A stretch of DNA of 64,000 bases from Vezdaea acicularis (GCA_026025075.1 JAPEUI010000020.1:62001-126000), one strand, 5' to 3'; counted from the first letter of the stretch, positions 26,532 to 40,700 are shown. The notes: generated from the letters alone by a model not told the origin. Made by a program: numbers and translations.

Positions 26532-29500
26532 ATGGCGCCAAAGTATAAAGATGGAGGTGTTCTCGTTTCGGTAAGTCCACAGTGCATCATTAATAGGCCT
26601 GAAACGGTATATGCTAATGCGTTGGATGTAGTTCTCGGGCAAATGGATATCATGGATGCATACGGTCGCTGCATATGGTACAGTTTGGAGCGAAACTTGG
26701 GTTCTCCTCGTGCTGATGAAAAGTAGCTGCTTTCCTTGGTGCCCTAGTGGTTGGAATGTTGGTGTCTCCCTCCATTCTCACCTTGCCCGTGGACCGCTCT
26801 AATAGCTGGCGCAGGCAGTTGCATTATCGAAAGATAGTTGAGAATGAATACTACGTATGCGCAATGCTCTCGACGGCGCCTACTACGTGGTTAGAGTCCT
26901 TCATCTGACAGCTGGCCTAGGGCTACCCTCAAGAATGGTTTCCATCCGTCTCGGCAACAATTGGGGACCGTTACCCTGAGAGATCCGTATTTCAGCTTTT
27001 CATCGCTATCACATCCGGTACAAACAGCTTGAACTTCTTCGCTTGGTTTAGACAGCAAATGCTGATCAAAATGCAGGACCACGATTTGCTTTAGTCCTCC
27101 TTTGGTACCTCCTGACGGCAAGGCCAGGTGCAACATTACCGAAGTTCATTGCGGGAGTAGGTATCTTCCGTACAATTACGTGCGGAGGATGGACGTATGT
27201 CACTTCGACGGATGACCATGGGTGGCACGACATATTCATGATATCTTATCTTGTAGCCACCATTCCGTGGACCCTAGGTTGTCTCGCCTTGAGTCCGCCA
27301 AATCCAAAAGCTGTCTACTCCCGAAAAGTCATGGCTGGACTGTTCTTCGGAACTCTTGTACCATTAGTATATTTTTTCATCCAGCATAAAGTCCACAGGG
27401 TCCCAGGAGGTAGGAGCGACCTCGTCACCCAGTTGATGCTTCACAGTGACTAAATCCATGCAGCTTACACGATATATGCTTTCTTCGAATGGGCGTTGGT
27501 CTTGTTTGACGTCGGCTTTGATGCAGTGACAGCGATGGACTTTGAAGGGTTTGAGCTTGTGGTAAAAGACGTCAAGGGACATAGTAAAGGGTACGTGCAA
27601 TGGCTTCCCAAGTAAATAGGCGTATACATGAAGCAATGGAACATTATTCATCATGAGTCACTATCTTACTACGTTTGTGCGACAGAAACAATCAAGTCGA
27701 GGACGCCATGCTTGAAAAAGAGTTTGTCATGGCCACTTCCACTCATATTGCGGATCAACTAATCTACTCTTAGAAAAGACAAGCCCCTTGGTAAAGTTTT
27801 CGGCTCGGACTTTTTATGGAGCGAGAGCATAGATGCAGCAGCGGACGTATACAATGGAGTGAGTCTTTCCTCCCGCAGTGTCTAGTACCCACTCCTAACT
27901 TCAAACTCTAGTTTGTGTTCTGGTCAATCCTCACATCACTTGGACTCTGTGTGTGGTGTAAGTCATTAGGGATGTGCCTGAAGCAAGGAAGAGGGCTAAA
28001 GATAATCTTAGACTTTCCATTGTGGCACATGGGCATATCTGGATATGAAGCAATGGTCATGTCAAGCATATCGCCTTTCCTGCTCTCGATATCACCACTT
28101 CGCTCGCTCGTTCTTAAGAATCTTCGGGTTGTTCATCTCCTTTCGCTTTCTGGTTTAGTTGCATACCTCATTAAGGACCCTGCCTATCGTTTGTTCACGG
28201 TCGGATTTGGGGTGTGGATGGGCTGCCTTACTTGGTCTGCAGTATGGTACTCGCATCGAAATCAGCCTGCCAGGCTAGAAACAAAGATTCTAGCGTGGAC
28301 TTTAGGCCTGGTTGCGTCCACTGTCGCTAAGTTTGCATTCTGGACAAGTAACCCAATCTGGCCAATCGTACATGCCGAGAACGGAGGTTGGAACAAACTC
28401 GGCCTTGCACTTGCGGTATTAGCAGTTCTTCGTTCTACTAGGAGGTCTTCAGGGAACTGGGGCGAGGCGCAGCCTCGGAATGATCCCAAGGGATCATCTA
28501 TACTTACAGCCTTAGGCGTAGCTGGGCTGACATTCGGGATGCACTCTATGCTTTCCGATTCCAGCACTATGATCTCATGGGTCTGGGATGGGTACCCTGT
28601 TCGGGGCCCACTTGCAGTCCCCCATGGATCATATACTATCTTTGCAATGGGTGCTGGGCTAATGTTTGGGATCTTCTATGAAGAAGCGGCCAGGACTTGG
28701 ACCCTTTATGGAATAGGTTCAATTAGCGCAGCGATCCTAACTCTATACAGCAATTGGTTTGGCTACTACGGGGCGCTTGTATTAGCATTTTATCTTATGG
28801 CAATAGCTCCTACGATCCTTCACTCTGCCGCCCGACACTCTCCAGCTATCACTTTTGGTTTCGGATTTCTCTTATATAACTTCATGGTCCTGGCTAACGT
28901 ATGGGTCGTCGCATACGCCTTTGTCCCAGGTGGCCCCCTTATGCGAGAGCATACGGACTGGGTCATGACGGCCATGATGCTTCAAATCGGCGCCGGCATA
29001 TTCTCAGCTACTCCAGCAGGGAAGACTAGGTCGAAGTCGAAAAGCAAGCATTCTTTTGCACCTCAAAGGCTACGATCTAATTACGTGTATATCCTCGGTG
29101 TCTTACAACTACTATCCGTGTCTATTGCATACCTTCGGTTCCCGACATATGACTACAAACCGTATCACCCAGATCAGAGGCTTGTGACGGCCGGCATTTG
29201 GACCATTCATTTCTCTCTCGATAATGACATGTGGTCATCTGAGCGACGGATGCGCGATGTTATTAAGGAGCTAGAAATTGACGTTATTGGCTTGTTGGAA
29301 TCTGATCTTCAGCGAGTCATTATGGGCAACCGCGACACAACTCAATTCTTAGCAGAAGATCTCGGGATGTATGTGGATTATGGTCCGGGACCGGATAAAC
29401 ACACCTGGGGTTCGGCACTTCTCTCAAAATTTCCTATCCTCAACTCTACTCACCATCTCCTTCCCTCACCCGTTGGAGAACTTGCACCAGCCATTCACGC

Positions 29501-30029
29501 CACTCTCGACATGTATGGGGAGCATGTGGACGTCGTAGTCTTCCATTCCGGACAAGAAGAAGATCCAGAGGACCGGCGACTTCAGACCGAATACCTTTCC
29601 AAGCTCATGGGCGACTCGCCGCGGCCACTAATATTACTCAGCTACCTTGTTACCAGGCCCAAAGAGGGTAATTACAATACTTATGTAAGCGAAAAAAGTC
29701 AGATGAAAGATATCGATGAAACGGACTGGGATAGATGGTGCGAGTATATTCTGTACAAAGGGTTAAGAAGAACGGGATACGCTCGTGTGAGTAGGTCTAC
29801 AATCACGGATACAGAGATCCAAGTTGGCAAATTTGTGGTCGGTGACCCCGAGGGTTCGGGTGAGCGGCTTGACGAGCAGAGTATGCCAGAAGGCTTGAGA
29901 TTCCCTGCCCTGTTTAGGGGCGAGGGCGTACGGGGGCATCGATATCACGTATTCGATGAACCAAGGTATTTTCGCTCCTCTGGGATGATTATTATATGGA
30001 AAGCTAACGCATATAGGTATTATAATTGA
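26532..30029 (+). CDS. CWH43: Cwh43 / PGAP2-interacting GPI lipid-remodelling protein (about 11 introns)
   Basis: Frag1/DRAM-type N-terminus ([24 protein letters not shown]) assembled from short exons, many membrane segments, and a C-terminal domain with GLLESD...HTWG...[15 protein letters not shown]. Confidence 0.92.
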
Positions 30030-30376
30030 TAGACTCAACGATAGCACGACTATTGGCACGTTCTAGTGATATGTATAGTAGAAGACATGAATACGACTGC
30101 ATTGTCAATATCGTACTCCGCCTTAGGGCGTTGATGTAGTCAATCGACACGTAACGTGAACCTTAATACTTCCATCAAGTGCGGGGGAAACCCCGTGCGC
30201 TTCTTCGTTAGGGGTTTCTGAATATAGATTAGTCGAATGATGCCTGTGCAGATCAGCACGCTAACGAATCGCGCGACCTGAAATTGTGCGCGTCCTTCGC
30301 GTCTTCCCTGAACTAGAGCGTTTGAACCCTAGGACTTCACTGGTACACAACCAAAAGAAGGTCACTATCCCGAATC

Positions 30377-33300
30377 ATGGGGTCTCGTCCAGACTTAAAG
30401 GTCAGTGTCCTGGTTTTTTGCTATTTTGCTTCCCTCTAACCCTCCTCTATGTTTTGTAGATCGACAACGAAGTTGGATTCATCCGTAACTTCCACAATTT
30501 GCCAGAGAAGGAAGAAGACACAATCCGGGTGTTTGACCGCGGTGATTGGTACACCGCTCATGGTGAAGATGCTGTCTTTGTTGCCCGGACGGTATCTCGT
30601 TACTTGTCCATCTTAAGAACGCCAAAGCTGACCAGCTTCAGGTGTACAAAACCACCTCAGTGCTCAAGCAACTCGGAAAAAGTGATGGCTCTGGCTTACA
30701 ATCCGTGACCATGACTATTACGGTGTATAAGAATTTTTTGAGAGAGATTCTTTTCCGTCTTGGAAAGAGAATAGAAATATGGGGCACGAGTAGCCCCTCG
30801 GATTGGAAGATCATTAAACAAGCGTCGCCCGGTAACCTTCAAGATGTCGAAGATGAGCTTGGAGGCCATATAGATGCGGCACCTGTCATTCTTGCAGTGA
30901 AAGTGTCAGCAAGAGCAACCGAAGCGCGAAACGTTGGAGTCTGCTTTGCAGATGCAAGTGTACGCGAACTTGGCGTGAGCGAATTCGTGGATAACGACGT
31001 CTACTCAAATTTTGAGTCGCTTCTCATTCAGCTGGGTGTGAAAGAATGCCTGATCGTAGCTGACCCAAATGGGAAAGATGTAGAACTCGGGAAGCTGCGG
31101 GCAATCATAGATAGTTGTGGAATAGCGTACTCTCAGAGGCCCGGTAAGGATTTTGGCACCAAGGATATCGAGCAAGATCTTGAGAGACTTCTAAGGGATG
31201 AGCGTGCTGCTGGTAGTCTACCACAATCAGATCTTAAGCTCGCAATGGGGTCTTCGGCCGCCTTGATCAAATATCTCAACGTCTTATCTGACCCCTCAAA
31301 TTTTGGTCAGTATCAACTTTACCAGCATGACCTATCACAATACATGAAGCTAGACGCTTCTGCGTTGAAGGCCCTTAACCTCATGCCAGGCCCACGAGAT
31401 GGAGCGAAGACAATGAACCTCTTCGGGCTCTTAAACCACTGTAAAACACCGGTTGGAAGCCGGCTCTTGGCTCAGTGGCTCAAGCAGCCCCTGATGAGCC
31501 TTGAAGAGATAGAGCGACGACAGCAACTGGTGGAGTCCTTTGTTGCCGATACAGACCTCAGGCAAACAATGCAAGAGGAACATCTTAGGTCGATACCAGA
31601 TCTCTACAGACTCGCAAAGCGGTTTCAACGAAAGATGGCAAACCTTGAGGACGTTGTACGTGCTTATCAAGTTGTCATCAGACTTCCTGGCTTTATAGGT
31701 ACCCTTGAAGGTATCATGGATGAAAAGTATAAGGACCCTTTGGATGCTGAATATACAAATAAGTTGAAGGCAAGTGCGTGTAAATTTTCAGTCTTCATTT
31801 GCGTCTCTAACGTCCAACGCAGGATCTGTCTGATAGTCTCGGGAAGCTTCAGGACATGGTTGAGACTACTGTCGATCTTGATGCGCTTGACCGTCATGAA
31901 TTCATTATTAAGCCAGAATTTGACGATGGGCTACGTACTATACAGAAACGGCTAGAAAAATTAAAGTATGAGATGGACGTCGAGCATCGACGAGTGGGTC
32001 AAGACCTTAAACAAGATATAGAGAAGAAACTCTTCCTCGAGAACCACCGTGTTCATGGCTGGTGCTTTAGACTGACCCGAAATGTAAATTCATCCCTCCC
32101 CCTTTTGTGCGCATATCTTGACCAAGACAGGAAGCTGGGTGCATAAGGAATAAGAAAGATTACCAAGAGTGCTCCACTCAGAAGAATGGCGTTTATTTTA
32201 CAACAAGGACAATGCAAACTACTCGTCGCGAATTTGACCAGCTCTCTGAGAGCTACAACCGCACGCAAAGCGGGCTCGTCAACGAGGTGGTGAGCGTGGC
32301 TGGTATGTGTAGCTCCACGATCATTATATAACCCATAACTAACTCGCAAAGCTTCTTACTGCCCTGTTCTCGAGCAGCTAGCTGGTATCCTGGCCCATCT
32401 TGATGTCATCGTTAGCTTTGCTCATGTTTCTGTCCATGCCCCTTCATCATACGTTCGACCCAAAATGCATCCAAGAGGCACTGGTGATACCATCCTCAAG
32501 GAAGCGCGGCACCCATGCATGGAGGTGCAAGACGATATTCAATTCATCACAAACGACGTCATATTAAGGAGAGGCACATCAGAATTCTTAATTATAACCG
32601 GCCCCAACATGGGCGGGAAGTCGACATATATCAGACAAATTGGCGTCATAGCTCTCATGGCCCAGATTGGATGCTTCGTGCCATGTACCGAAGCAGAGTT
32701 GACGCTCTTCGACTGTATCCTTGCTCGTGTTGGTGCAAGCGATTCACAGCTTAAAGGCGTTTCAACATTTATGGCGGAGATGCTGGAGACGTCCAATATT
32801 CTCAAGTCGGCTACCTCAGACTCTCTCATTATCATTGACGAGCTAGGTCGTGGTACTAGCACTTATGATGGTTTCGGACTGGCCTGGGCGATATCTGAGC
32901 ATATCATAAAAGAGATCGGATGCTTTGCGATGTTTGCAACGCATTTTCACGAGTTAACGGCTCTTTCAGATCAATACCCGTCAGTACAGAATCTACACGT
33001 AGTAGCACATATCAGCGGTGCCGAGAACGATCGGCGGGAGGTCACGCTCCTTTACAAAGTTGAAGAGGGTGTCTGCGATCAGTCGTTTGGAATCCACGTC
33101 GCAGAGCTAGTACGCTTTCCAACGAAAGTAGTAAATATGGCGAAGCGAAAAGCAGACGAGCTTGAAGACTTTACAAGCAAACACGACGAAGCGGCAATCC
33201 AGCATACAAAAGAAGATGTGGAGGAAGGATCTGCGCTGTTGAAAGAAATGCTGATTAAGTGGAAAGAAGCTTGTGAAGGCAAAGACCTCAGCCCTTCTGA

Positions 33301-33385
33301 GAGGATAAGCAAGATGAGAGAACTTGTTAAAGGTGACGAGAGACTGCTAGCCAATCCTTTCTTCCAGAGCGTCAAGGCACTTTGA
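30377..33385 (+). CDS. MSH2: DNA mismatch repair MutS homologue Msh2 (5 introns)
   Basis: [70 protein letters not shown] and [11 protein letters not shown]. Confidence 0.96.
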
Positions 33386-34503
33386 GCAATTTGGACTCCT
33401 TACTCCGCCTTTACTTTCAATCAAGGATTCAAAACTCAGCTCTTCATGGTTTGAGGGACTTGTATATGCCCCTTGCTGTTGTTCAGCGAGTGTGTGTTTG
33501 AATGCTCTCCAGGGCCTTCTCCAACCACAATCATATGTTTCGGATGGTCGTGGGGATGATTTTCAAGCAAAATATCTAACGAGGTCCTAAAGTATCACAT
33601 ATTGATTACTATAAAAACCTTGGCCCTTGTGAAAATCTTTCCAAAAGTACATATCTTTCCCAACCAGTCATTCTTGAGATTCATCTGATTCCCCATCCTG
33701 TTATCAGACGATGGTTACAACAGATCTCTTCAACTAGGTCCTTGTTCCACTGTGTTTGCAGAGTACGAAAGATATGAAGAGAGTTCGGATGAAATCCTCC
33801 CATAGTACTTCCTGTAGTGCTAGAATACTTTGCAAGACTCTTACCTTTAAAGAAAAACATGGCCAACAGAAACGCCCCAGATTGCCTTACGGAAGAGCAT
33901 TTAGCACTTTCAAATGCCCCGCTATCGCCCCCAGACGCCCCAAAGGGGCTGTCAACGCCCGCACGCAACGATTTGAGAGTATACCACTTGTAACTCATTG
34001 GTTCCTGGTACCCGTCCCAGTGCGCTCTCAAGGTTGGAATCCAAGTTCAAATCTTCTATCTCCGGTGGCTGTGGGGTGACATCACCGAGAAAGGTGGTTG
34101 CCCGGATGTGTATCTTGGTGAAGTTGAAACGCATGGCTCGTGCGAATCGGGGGCATTCGATATCATGACATACTAGTACGGACCTAATCTTCATATCCCC
34201 TAGTGCCTATCTAGTTGTGAAAGGGACAAACGCTGCTGCTGAGCTATTACACGACCCACCTAGCATTGAAGCGGCGGACTCCTTCCTGCACCACTTTTCT
34301 GAACGCTGTGAAAATGGTCCCTCTAAATTTCTAGCAAGAGATACTGCCAAAGGATGAGTATAGGTTCAGTAAAGCCATAAGAATGATTTCAAGTCCAGTT
34401 TTGCTATATGGATCTGAGTATTTTGATATAAAGCCTCCAATACCAAACTACGCCAATAGTGCTGAGCCCAATGCCCGAACGCCATTTGCCCACGTCATGG
34501 CTT

Positions 34504-36131
34504 CTAAAAGCCACCAAAGGGAAATCCTCCACCAGGAAAGCCTCCCTGAAATTTGAAGTGCGCTCCGCCTCCTGACCCGCCTTGCCTGTATACGAATTGC
34601 TGGCCCTGGCCAAATGGACTGCCCTGGAACGGCTGTCCCTGCTGCTCGTGACTATTCGGATCATCTCCCATATCAAACCTCCGCTTCAGCTCAGGATCGC
34701 TCAGTACCTCATATGCCTCATTGATAGCCGCCATTTTCTTCTCGGCGTCCTCCTTGCTGATCCCAGTTTTCATTGCCTTATCCGGATGGTGCGTCTTCGT
34801 CATACGGCGGTAGGCGAGCTTAATATCGCGCTCATCGGCATCTCGGGAAAGACCAAGGACCTTGTAGTAGTCTTTCTGCTTGGAGCGCTTGAGAAGTTGC
34901 TGCGCTTTCTGAAGGAGGGATTGAACTTTTTGATGGGAAGGATGGGCGTCATCGGCTGTGTTGAGAACAGAAATTGCGGCGTCAAAGTCCTCTTTATCGA
35001 GGAGTTCTTGTGCGCGGGCAAGGAGACCGTGGAGGGAGTGTGGATTTAGATTTAGGGCAGAGGTACAGTATGGCATAGACTTCTTAATGCTGTTCATCTG
35101 GTGGTAGAGTAAGCTACGTGATTGAAAAAACAGGGTCTAGCGTTCCTTACCTCGGTGTAGCCTTCGCAGGCCATCTCTAAGAGCTGTAGGACTAGATCGT
35201 CAGGGGCGTTTTTGTGTATGGTGCCCACATCCTTCAGCTCCTTGACTTCGTTTTTTACTTGCTCAATCAAGCCCTCGTCACTTCCAGTGTTTACCAACAA
35301 CTTGACTGCACTATTGAACTGTCTCTTCGCCCATAGCCCATTGACCTTCTCTAGCTCCTTGTTAATGGCCTTCTCACGTCTGAACATCTTCGAACAAGCT
35401 TTCGAGTCTGGATCTGAATGCAAGCACTTTCTTATCTGCGCCAATCCCCGATCTATATCTCCCAAAGAGTAGAAGAGCATTGCAGAAATCTGCAAATGTG
35501 GCTCTGTCTTCCCTGGTGCAATCTGCAGTATGTGCGCTAGGTCGTTCACAGCTTCTCGGATTTCTCCTTTCTCGAAACGACATTTCGCCCGTAGCTCCCG
35601 TAGCTCAAGCGCTGAGCTCGCAACCATGATGGCAACCCCAGCGTTTGTCACGCAGCCTTCCCAATCGTTACGCTTCGCTGCATCTGATGCGAGAATGGCA
35701 GCGCCTGCAGCTTCGTCTAGCTCTGCTATCTCTTGTCCCCCCTTTTTGCCAGCAGCTGCGTAGTCCTTCCTCGCCAAGTCCCAATCCGCATGCTTGCTGT
35801 GGATTTTTGCGCGCTGGAGAAGAGCACCTTCGAAGTCAGGGCGGATGTTGAGAACTTTGTTGAAATCTTCTGTAGCCTGGGGCGTCCTGCCTAAGGACAG
35901 ATATGTTGCGCCACGCTTGAAGATGGTGAGATAATTTAAAGGGTCTCTTGAAATAGCGACATCAAAATATAGAAGTGCATCGTTGAAATTCCCGGCAGCT
36001 AAAAGTGAATTCGCGGATGTGACGAGTGATGATATGGGGGTATCGGCAGGAATGTCCGAGGCAGATAGGGCAACAGACAGAGGAGCGGAAAGGAGGGCAA
36101 AGCCAGCAAGGAAAGGGTATCGCAAAATCAT
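34504..36131 (-). CDS. ER-lumen TPR plus J-domain co-chaperone (DNAJC3/P58IPK/Jem1-like; intron 35098-35150)
   Basis: Signal peptide MILRYPFLAGFALLSAPLSVA, TPR repeats, J domain DYYKVLG...HHPDK...AYEVLSDPE and a G/F-rich tail. Confidence 0.9.
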
Positions 36132-36565
36132 GATTGCGGGACTGCGTAAGCAGAGCCAGGAGAAGGTTGAAGTCAAGGGGAGGACTGGAGGTGAAATTGA
36201 AGATCTGGCACCTTTGGATTTCACGCGTCTCGCCTACCCCTGTCACCATGTACTAATGCACGCTGTTCGAACTTGCATAAGTCCAGACCACAGTTAAGTA
36301 CTCGCAATCTTTGGGTCAAAAGAGCATTACAGTTACGAAGACCAAGAACTGTCTGAGTGCTCTGCCCAGGTAGTGCTCGAAATTGCCTGCATGCCCCAAA
36401 CCCATGATCCGCTTCCACGTTCCGACAATGAGCATCTTCCTGCCCCACCGGGCTTCTTCAATTCATCATCCGTCAAGGCACAGAGTACGATCATTCAACA
36501 CCACCAATCTACCTCGTAACGCAACCCTGTGAACATTCTATCAGCGTCAATCCACTAACGACGGA

Positions 36566-37441
36566 ATGTCCACGCACCTTTCCCCTTCCGCCCTCTTCTC
36601 TCCTTCCACGGCCCGAATCCAGCTAGCGCAAGCCAAAGACTGGAACTACATTGACACATGGCTGACTCAAAGGTTTGGGGGAAAGCCAGCTCCGCCCTTC
36701 GAGCGTAATCCTGAAACGCTCAAGGCCCTACTTGCCCTCGCAGCATGGAATGAAGCCGCTGACGAAGAACGAGACGTCGTGGGAAAGCTGGAGCGGAAGG
36801 TGTGCAAAGAGCTGAAGGTGGAAATGGAGAATGACCCAAATGCAAGAGTGCTAGCTGGAGTGGAAGAAAGCTTGACACTAGCAGGAGCAAAGGCGTTAGA
36901 GACACTGGGCAGTCTGGCGACAGCACTCAGCGTTCCCACAGCACCAACGTCGTTTGCGCTCGCAATTGGATTGCAGAGCTTGACCAAGACGCAGCAATTA
37001 CTTGCCCAGCAAGTAGAGCGCGTGGTTACGTTACAAGCTTCTCTAGACAACTCCCTCACATCGCTGAAAAGGATGATAGAAGACCTACACGGGCCCACCT
37101 ACGCCGCACCACCAAATATCCAGAAGCACACGCAGGACTGGCAGCGAGGTAGCAAGCAGCTTAGTGCGAAGCTGGTGGAGTACAAAGAAAGGCTTGCGTC
37201 CATGCCAAAGTTCGAAGTTGGAGTCACGATTGAGGAAGTTGAGCAGCGGGAGAGAGAATTGACAGATATTAGGGGGAAGGTGAAGGAGGTTGAAGGGAGG
37301 GTGAACGCTTATGAGGGTTTGCCGCCAGAGAAGGAGGCAGCGATCAGGGAGGTAGAGAAGGTGCGAAAAGAGTTGAGAAGGGAGATACGGAGGAGGGATA
37401 GGCTTTTTGAGGGGTTGGTGGAGGATGGAGAGAGAGGGTAA
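36566..37441 (+). CDS. Coiled-coil protein, probable augmin subunit HAUS1-like
   Basis: Intronless 291-aa ORF. The N-terminal WL...PPFERNPETLKALLALA and C-terminal YEGLPPEKEAA...EL motifs recall HAUS1-family proteins (from memory, not searched). Confidence 0.6.
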   Translation: MSTHLSPSALFSPSTARIQLAQAKDWNYIDTWLTQRFGGKPAPPFERNPETLKALLALAAWNEAADEERDVVGKLERKVCKELKVEMENDPNARVLAGVEESLTLAGAKALETLGSLATALSVPTAPTSFALAIGLQSLTKTQQLLAQQVERVVTLQASLDNSLTSLKRMIEDLHGPTYAAPPNIQKHTQDWQRGSKQLSAKLVEYKERLASMPKFEVGVTIEEVEQRERELTDIRGKVKEVEGRVNAYEGLPPEKEAAIREVEKVRKELRREIRRRDRLFEGLVEDGERG

Positions 37442-37708
37442 GTTGCTAGTGACTGAAATGGTGCTATCAGTAGTCCGGTCCGACCCTTTGGTAACAATTA
37501 GCTAAAGCATATGCACAATCTGGGGCGCGGAAGAGGTTGGACAAATATGCCCGCGTATTGGGATCACGATAATGATTCTTGTCAAGTTGTAGTACAGAAA
37601 TGCTTCGAGACCGCGCTCTCATCCGTCCAGACAAACGCTCTGGGTTGAAATGCTTGTAACGTTACAATGTTTCCATCAACCAAACGCCATGTTATTCATG
37701 ATGACCCT

Positions 37709-40700
37709 TTAAACACCCGATCGACCCATCTCGTCAACTTTCGCATCTGGTCGTTTCAGAGGATGCGCCTCTGTATTCCTAAACCTGCTATCAGCACTTG
37801 CGTCAAGACATTGCGCCGAACAAGGGGACTTACAGTACATAATCATCTAAACTGACCACGTTCTCGTCAGCAAATAGCAAGTAGAAATACTTCAAGGTTT
37901 CTGCCAGCCAAAAACTTTCCATACTGTCCTGCACATGCGGCGCAGAAGTTGTTACATCATCAATTGCACTGGCCCCAAACTTGGCTCTAGTAACCGCATC
38001 GATTGCCTGGAACATTCCCCATCCCTTTTGACGCCAATAATTATCGCCCGTGATGCGGTACATGATGAAAACACTTTCAATCGCTTCCGGGCGAAGGATG
38101 TAGCGCTTGTCCTGGACGCGCGAAAAGCCTGGAGCAAGTCGTTCATTCTCGATCCGAGCGTCTACAAATTCTTCGTGCTCCAGAGGAAGGGGTGGCAGGT
38201 ACGCCTGGTACACCTCGTCAGGAGAGGGGTGGCCGGGGTCGGAGTGGGCCGAGTAGGTTAAAGTTGCAGATTTAGCTTTATCTGGTTTAGAGACGCCTTC
38301 GACTTGAGCCTCCATCTTTTGCTCTGGTCTATCGAGGTCAACGTGCTTCTTTCCCGGAATCAGAGTTAAGTCTTGCACGAGGGCGGCGGGCGAAGCTTCA
38401 GCTGGAGGTAACGGGACGTCCACATTTTCAGAGAGGCCGGCAGCGAGCCCACCATGTGTACCATGACGTTTCTCCTTTATAGCTGCAGCATCTGGGCCTT
38501 CCGTATTTTTGGTTCTTAGAGTGGAATCGGTGGGCCGGGCTTCCAAGCCATTGACTGTTTCGTTACCTTCGATACCACTCACAAGTTTCTTGGTACTCTC
38601 CCCTGCCAAGGCTCTCGTACCATCCGGTTGGCCGGTCCCATTCGTCAGAGTCTCAGGCTGTGCAGGTGCTCCTGTGGCAGCCTCAAGCGCAAGCCTGGCT
38701 TCCTCCTTTTCATACATATCTTGTATCATCTTCCGAGAGTGTTCTCGAGACAGCCGATTAGGGTCTAATGCTTCTCTCCATGCAGTCTGGTTCCAAGGGC
38801 AATCATTATTATCTTTACACGGTACAGCTAAGAAGCGTTCGGGCATGATCCCTGTAGCAGTAGACTCGTAGGCCCAAATGCAGCCGTCCGTGAGTTGCTT
38901 AGCCAATTCCAGGTCTTCGGAATGTCCAAATACTTGAGCACCGACACCAAGCATACCTCCTACAAAGCAGGTAAGATGTGTTCCTTCATACTCGAATTCT
39001 TCAACTTGCTCGATCGAAGTGCTTGTAATGGTAATCATGCCCGACAAAAGCACCTTTCGGTCCTTTTCTCTGATGAGTGGTCGGAAGAGAAGTTTCTCTT
39101 TGATGGCTTTTGCCGCCTTGCTATACATTTTCCTATATTGATCATTGTGTCCACCTAGAAGAACATGCTCCTACGTGATGTCAGTGACTAGCCATCAAAT
39201 ATGGGCGTTTCAGTGCGACTGTTGTTCCAGCAATGCAATGGGCGGGATACTCCAACTCTTACCTTTGGCATGTACTCATACACGGAGTCGGCTCGCGCTC
39301 CAACGGAGTACTCTTCTCTCATTGCCTTGAAAGGGGCCGCCAGCCCTTGTGGCTGACAATCATAGTCACCTGTTACTTCTGCCCCAGTGACGGCAGAAAC
39401 AACCTTCGATTTGACTTCGACAATCTCAGTCTTCGCCGTACTAGGCTCAAGGATGTCAGATCCGCCCAGCTGTCTTTTCTTCTTTCTAATCGTCTCTGCG
39501 TTCCAATCGTGGTCGAGTCCTGCGCCTGCAACCTCGTCTTTCTTCTCAGGGCGGGCTTGCTCAGGTTTAGGGCTCTGACCGAGTGATTTGACGGACGCTT
39601 GGTCTAACTCAGGAAGATGCTCTAAAATAGACGGTTTAGCGACGTTCCGCTATTATAGTAGTGATTTCAAACCTACTATAGTTGGGTGGCATTGTCATAT
39701 TTAGTGGTGCCTGAGTGCCATAAACGGGGTATGGGCTGAACTCGGCGGTCTTCTTGCACCCAGACGTATCTATTGACAGAGGCCATAAGCCCGGAAGTTT
39801 CGTATCAAGTTGATATGCTTCCAGCGCGTCTGTAATTCGAGCGATGGCGTCGTAGTACTTATTATCTTTGGTGAGCTGCGCTAGTCTTGTGAACTCTACA
39901 GAAAGTGACCCAAGCTCTGCCAAGACGACCCGCGTGCTAGCCCTGTGAGGCTGAGAAGCAAACGCCCTAGAGGAAGCCGTCAGATCAAGTAAATAAGAAG
40001 CCTCGGGTAGGAACTTACGGCTTCCACTGATAGTAAGTGATGGGCATCCTGTTGGGCGTGTCAAAAGCTCCCATCAATACCTCTGCAAGCTCGACTGCCT
40101 TCTGTAATAAGCTGTGATATTGACCTCCACTAATATCAAATGCCCCTAGGAGTCCCCCGAGGTACCGTATGGTTGTTTCGAACAGTGGGATATCCTGCCT
40201 CATACTAGTCGTGAAGTCAATTTTATTGACAGCCTCAACCGCCGCCTCGAACTCCTCCTTCATTCCCATAATCCACAGGGTGTCTATTGAGTCCACCAAA
40301 GTTGCAGCCCATCCACAAAAAGGGTCCTTGAACGATCCCGAGAGAGGCATTAGCTCATCATGGAGCCAAGCCTTTTCCTTGTAGCCATCCCAACTAAATA
40401 AGAAAGAAGTTCTGATAGCTTTGAGCTTGGCCTCGCGAGCCTCTTTCTCAACAGGCCTCTCCTCTGCAAATTTGATTGCTTGGATCCTGGGTATGGCTTT
40501 GGGTTTGCCTGTTGGTAGGAGGATAATAGATTCGGCGGAGACGGGGAAATGCTCTGGGCTCTTCGCCCAATGTAGCTTTGGCTTGCCATCTGCTTGCAGC
40601 TCCTCATTGACATCTTCGTAATCATAATGTGGGGCAATCGCGAGCGGTGCAAGCAAAGGTTTATTCGAAGAATTTGAATGAGGTGTAACAATCGGCGCTG

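Noticed and set aside
33400..34400. 80-116 aa ORFs between MSH2 and the DnaJ gene
   Set aside because: They overlap on both strands, show no motif and give no convincing gene model.
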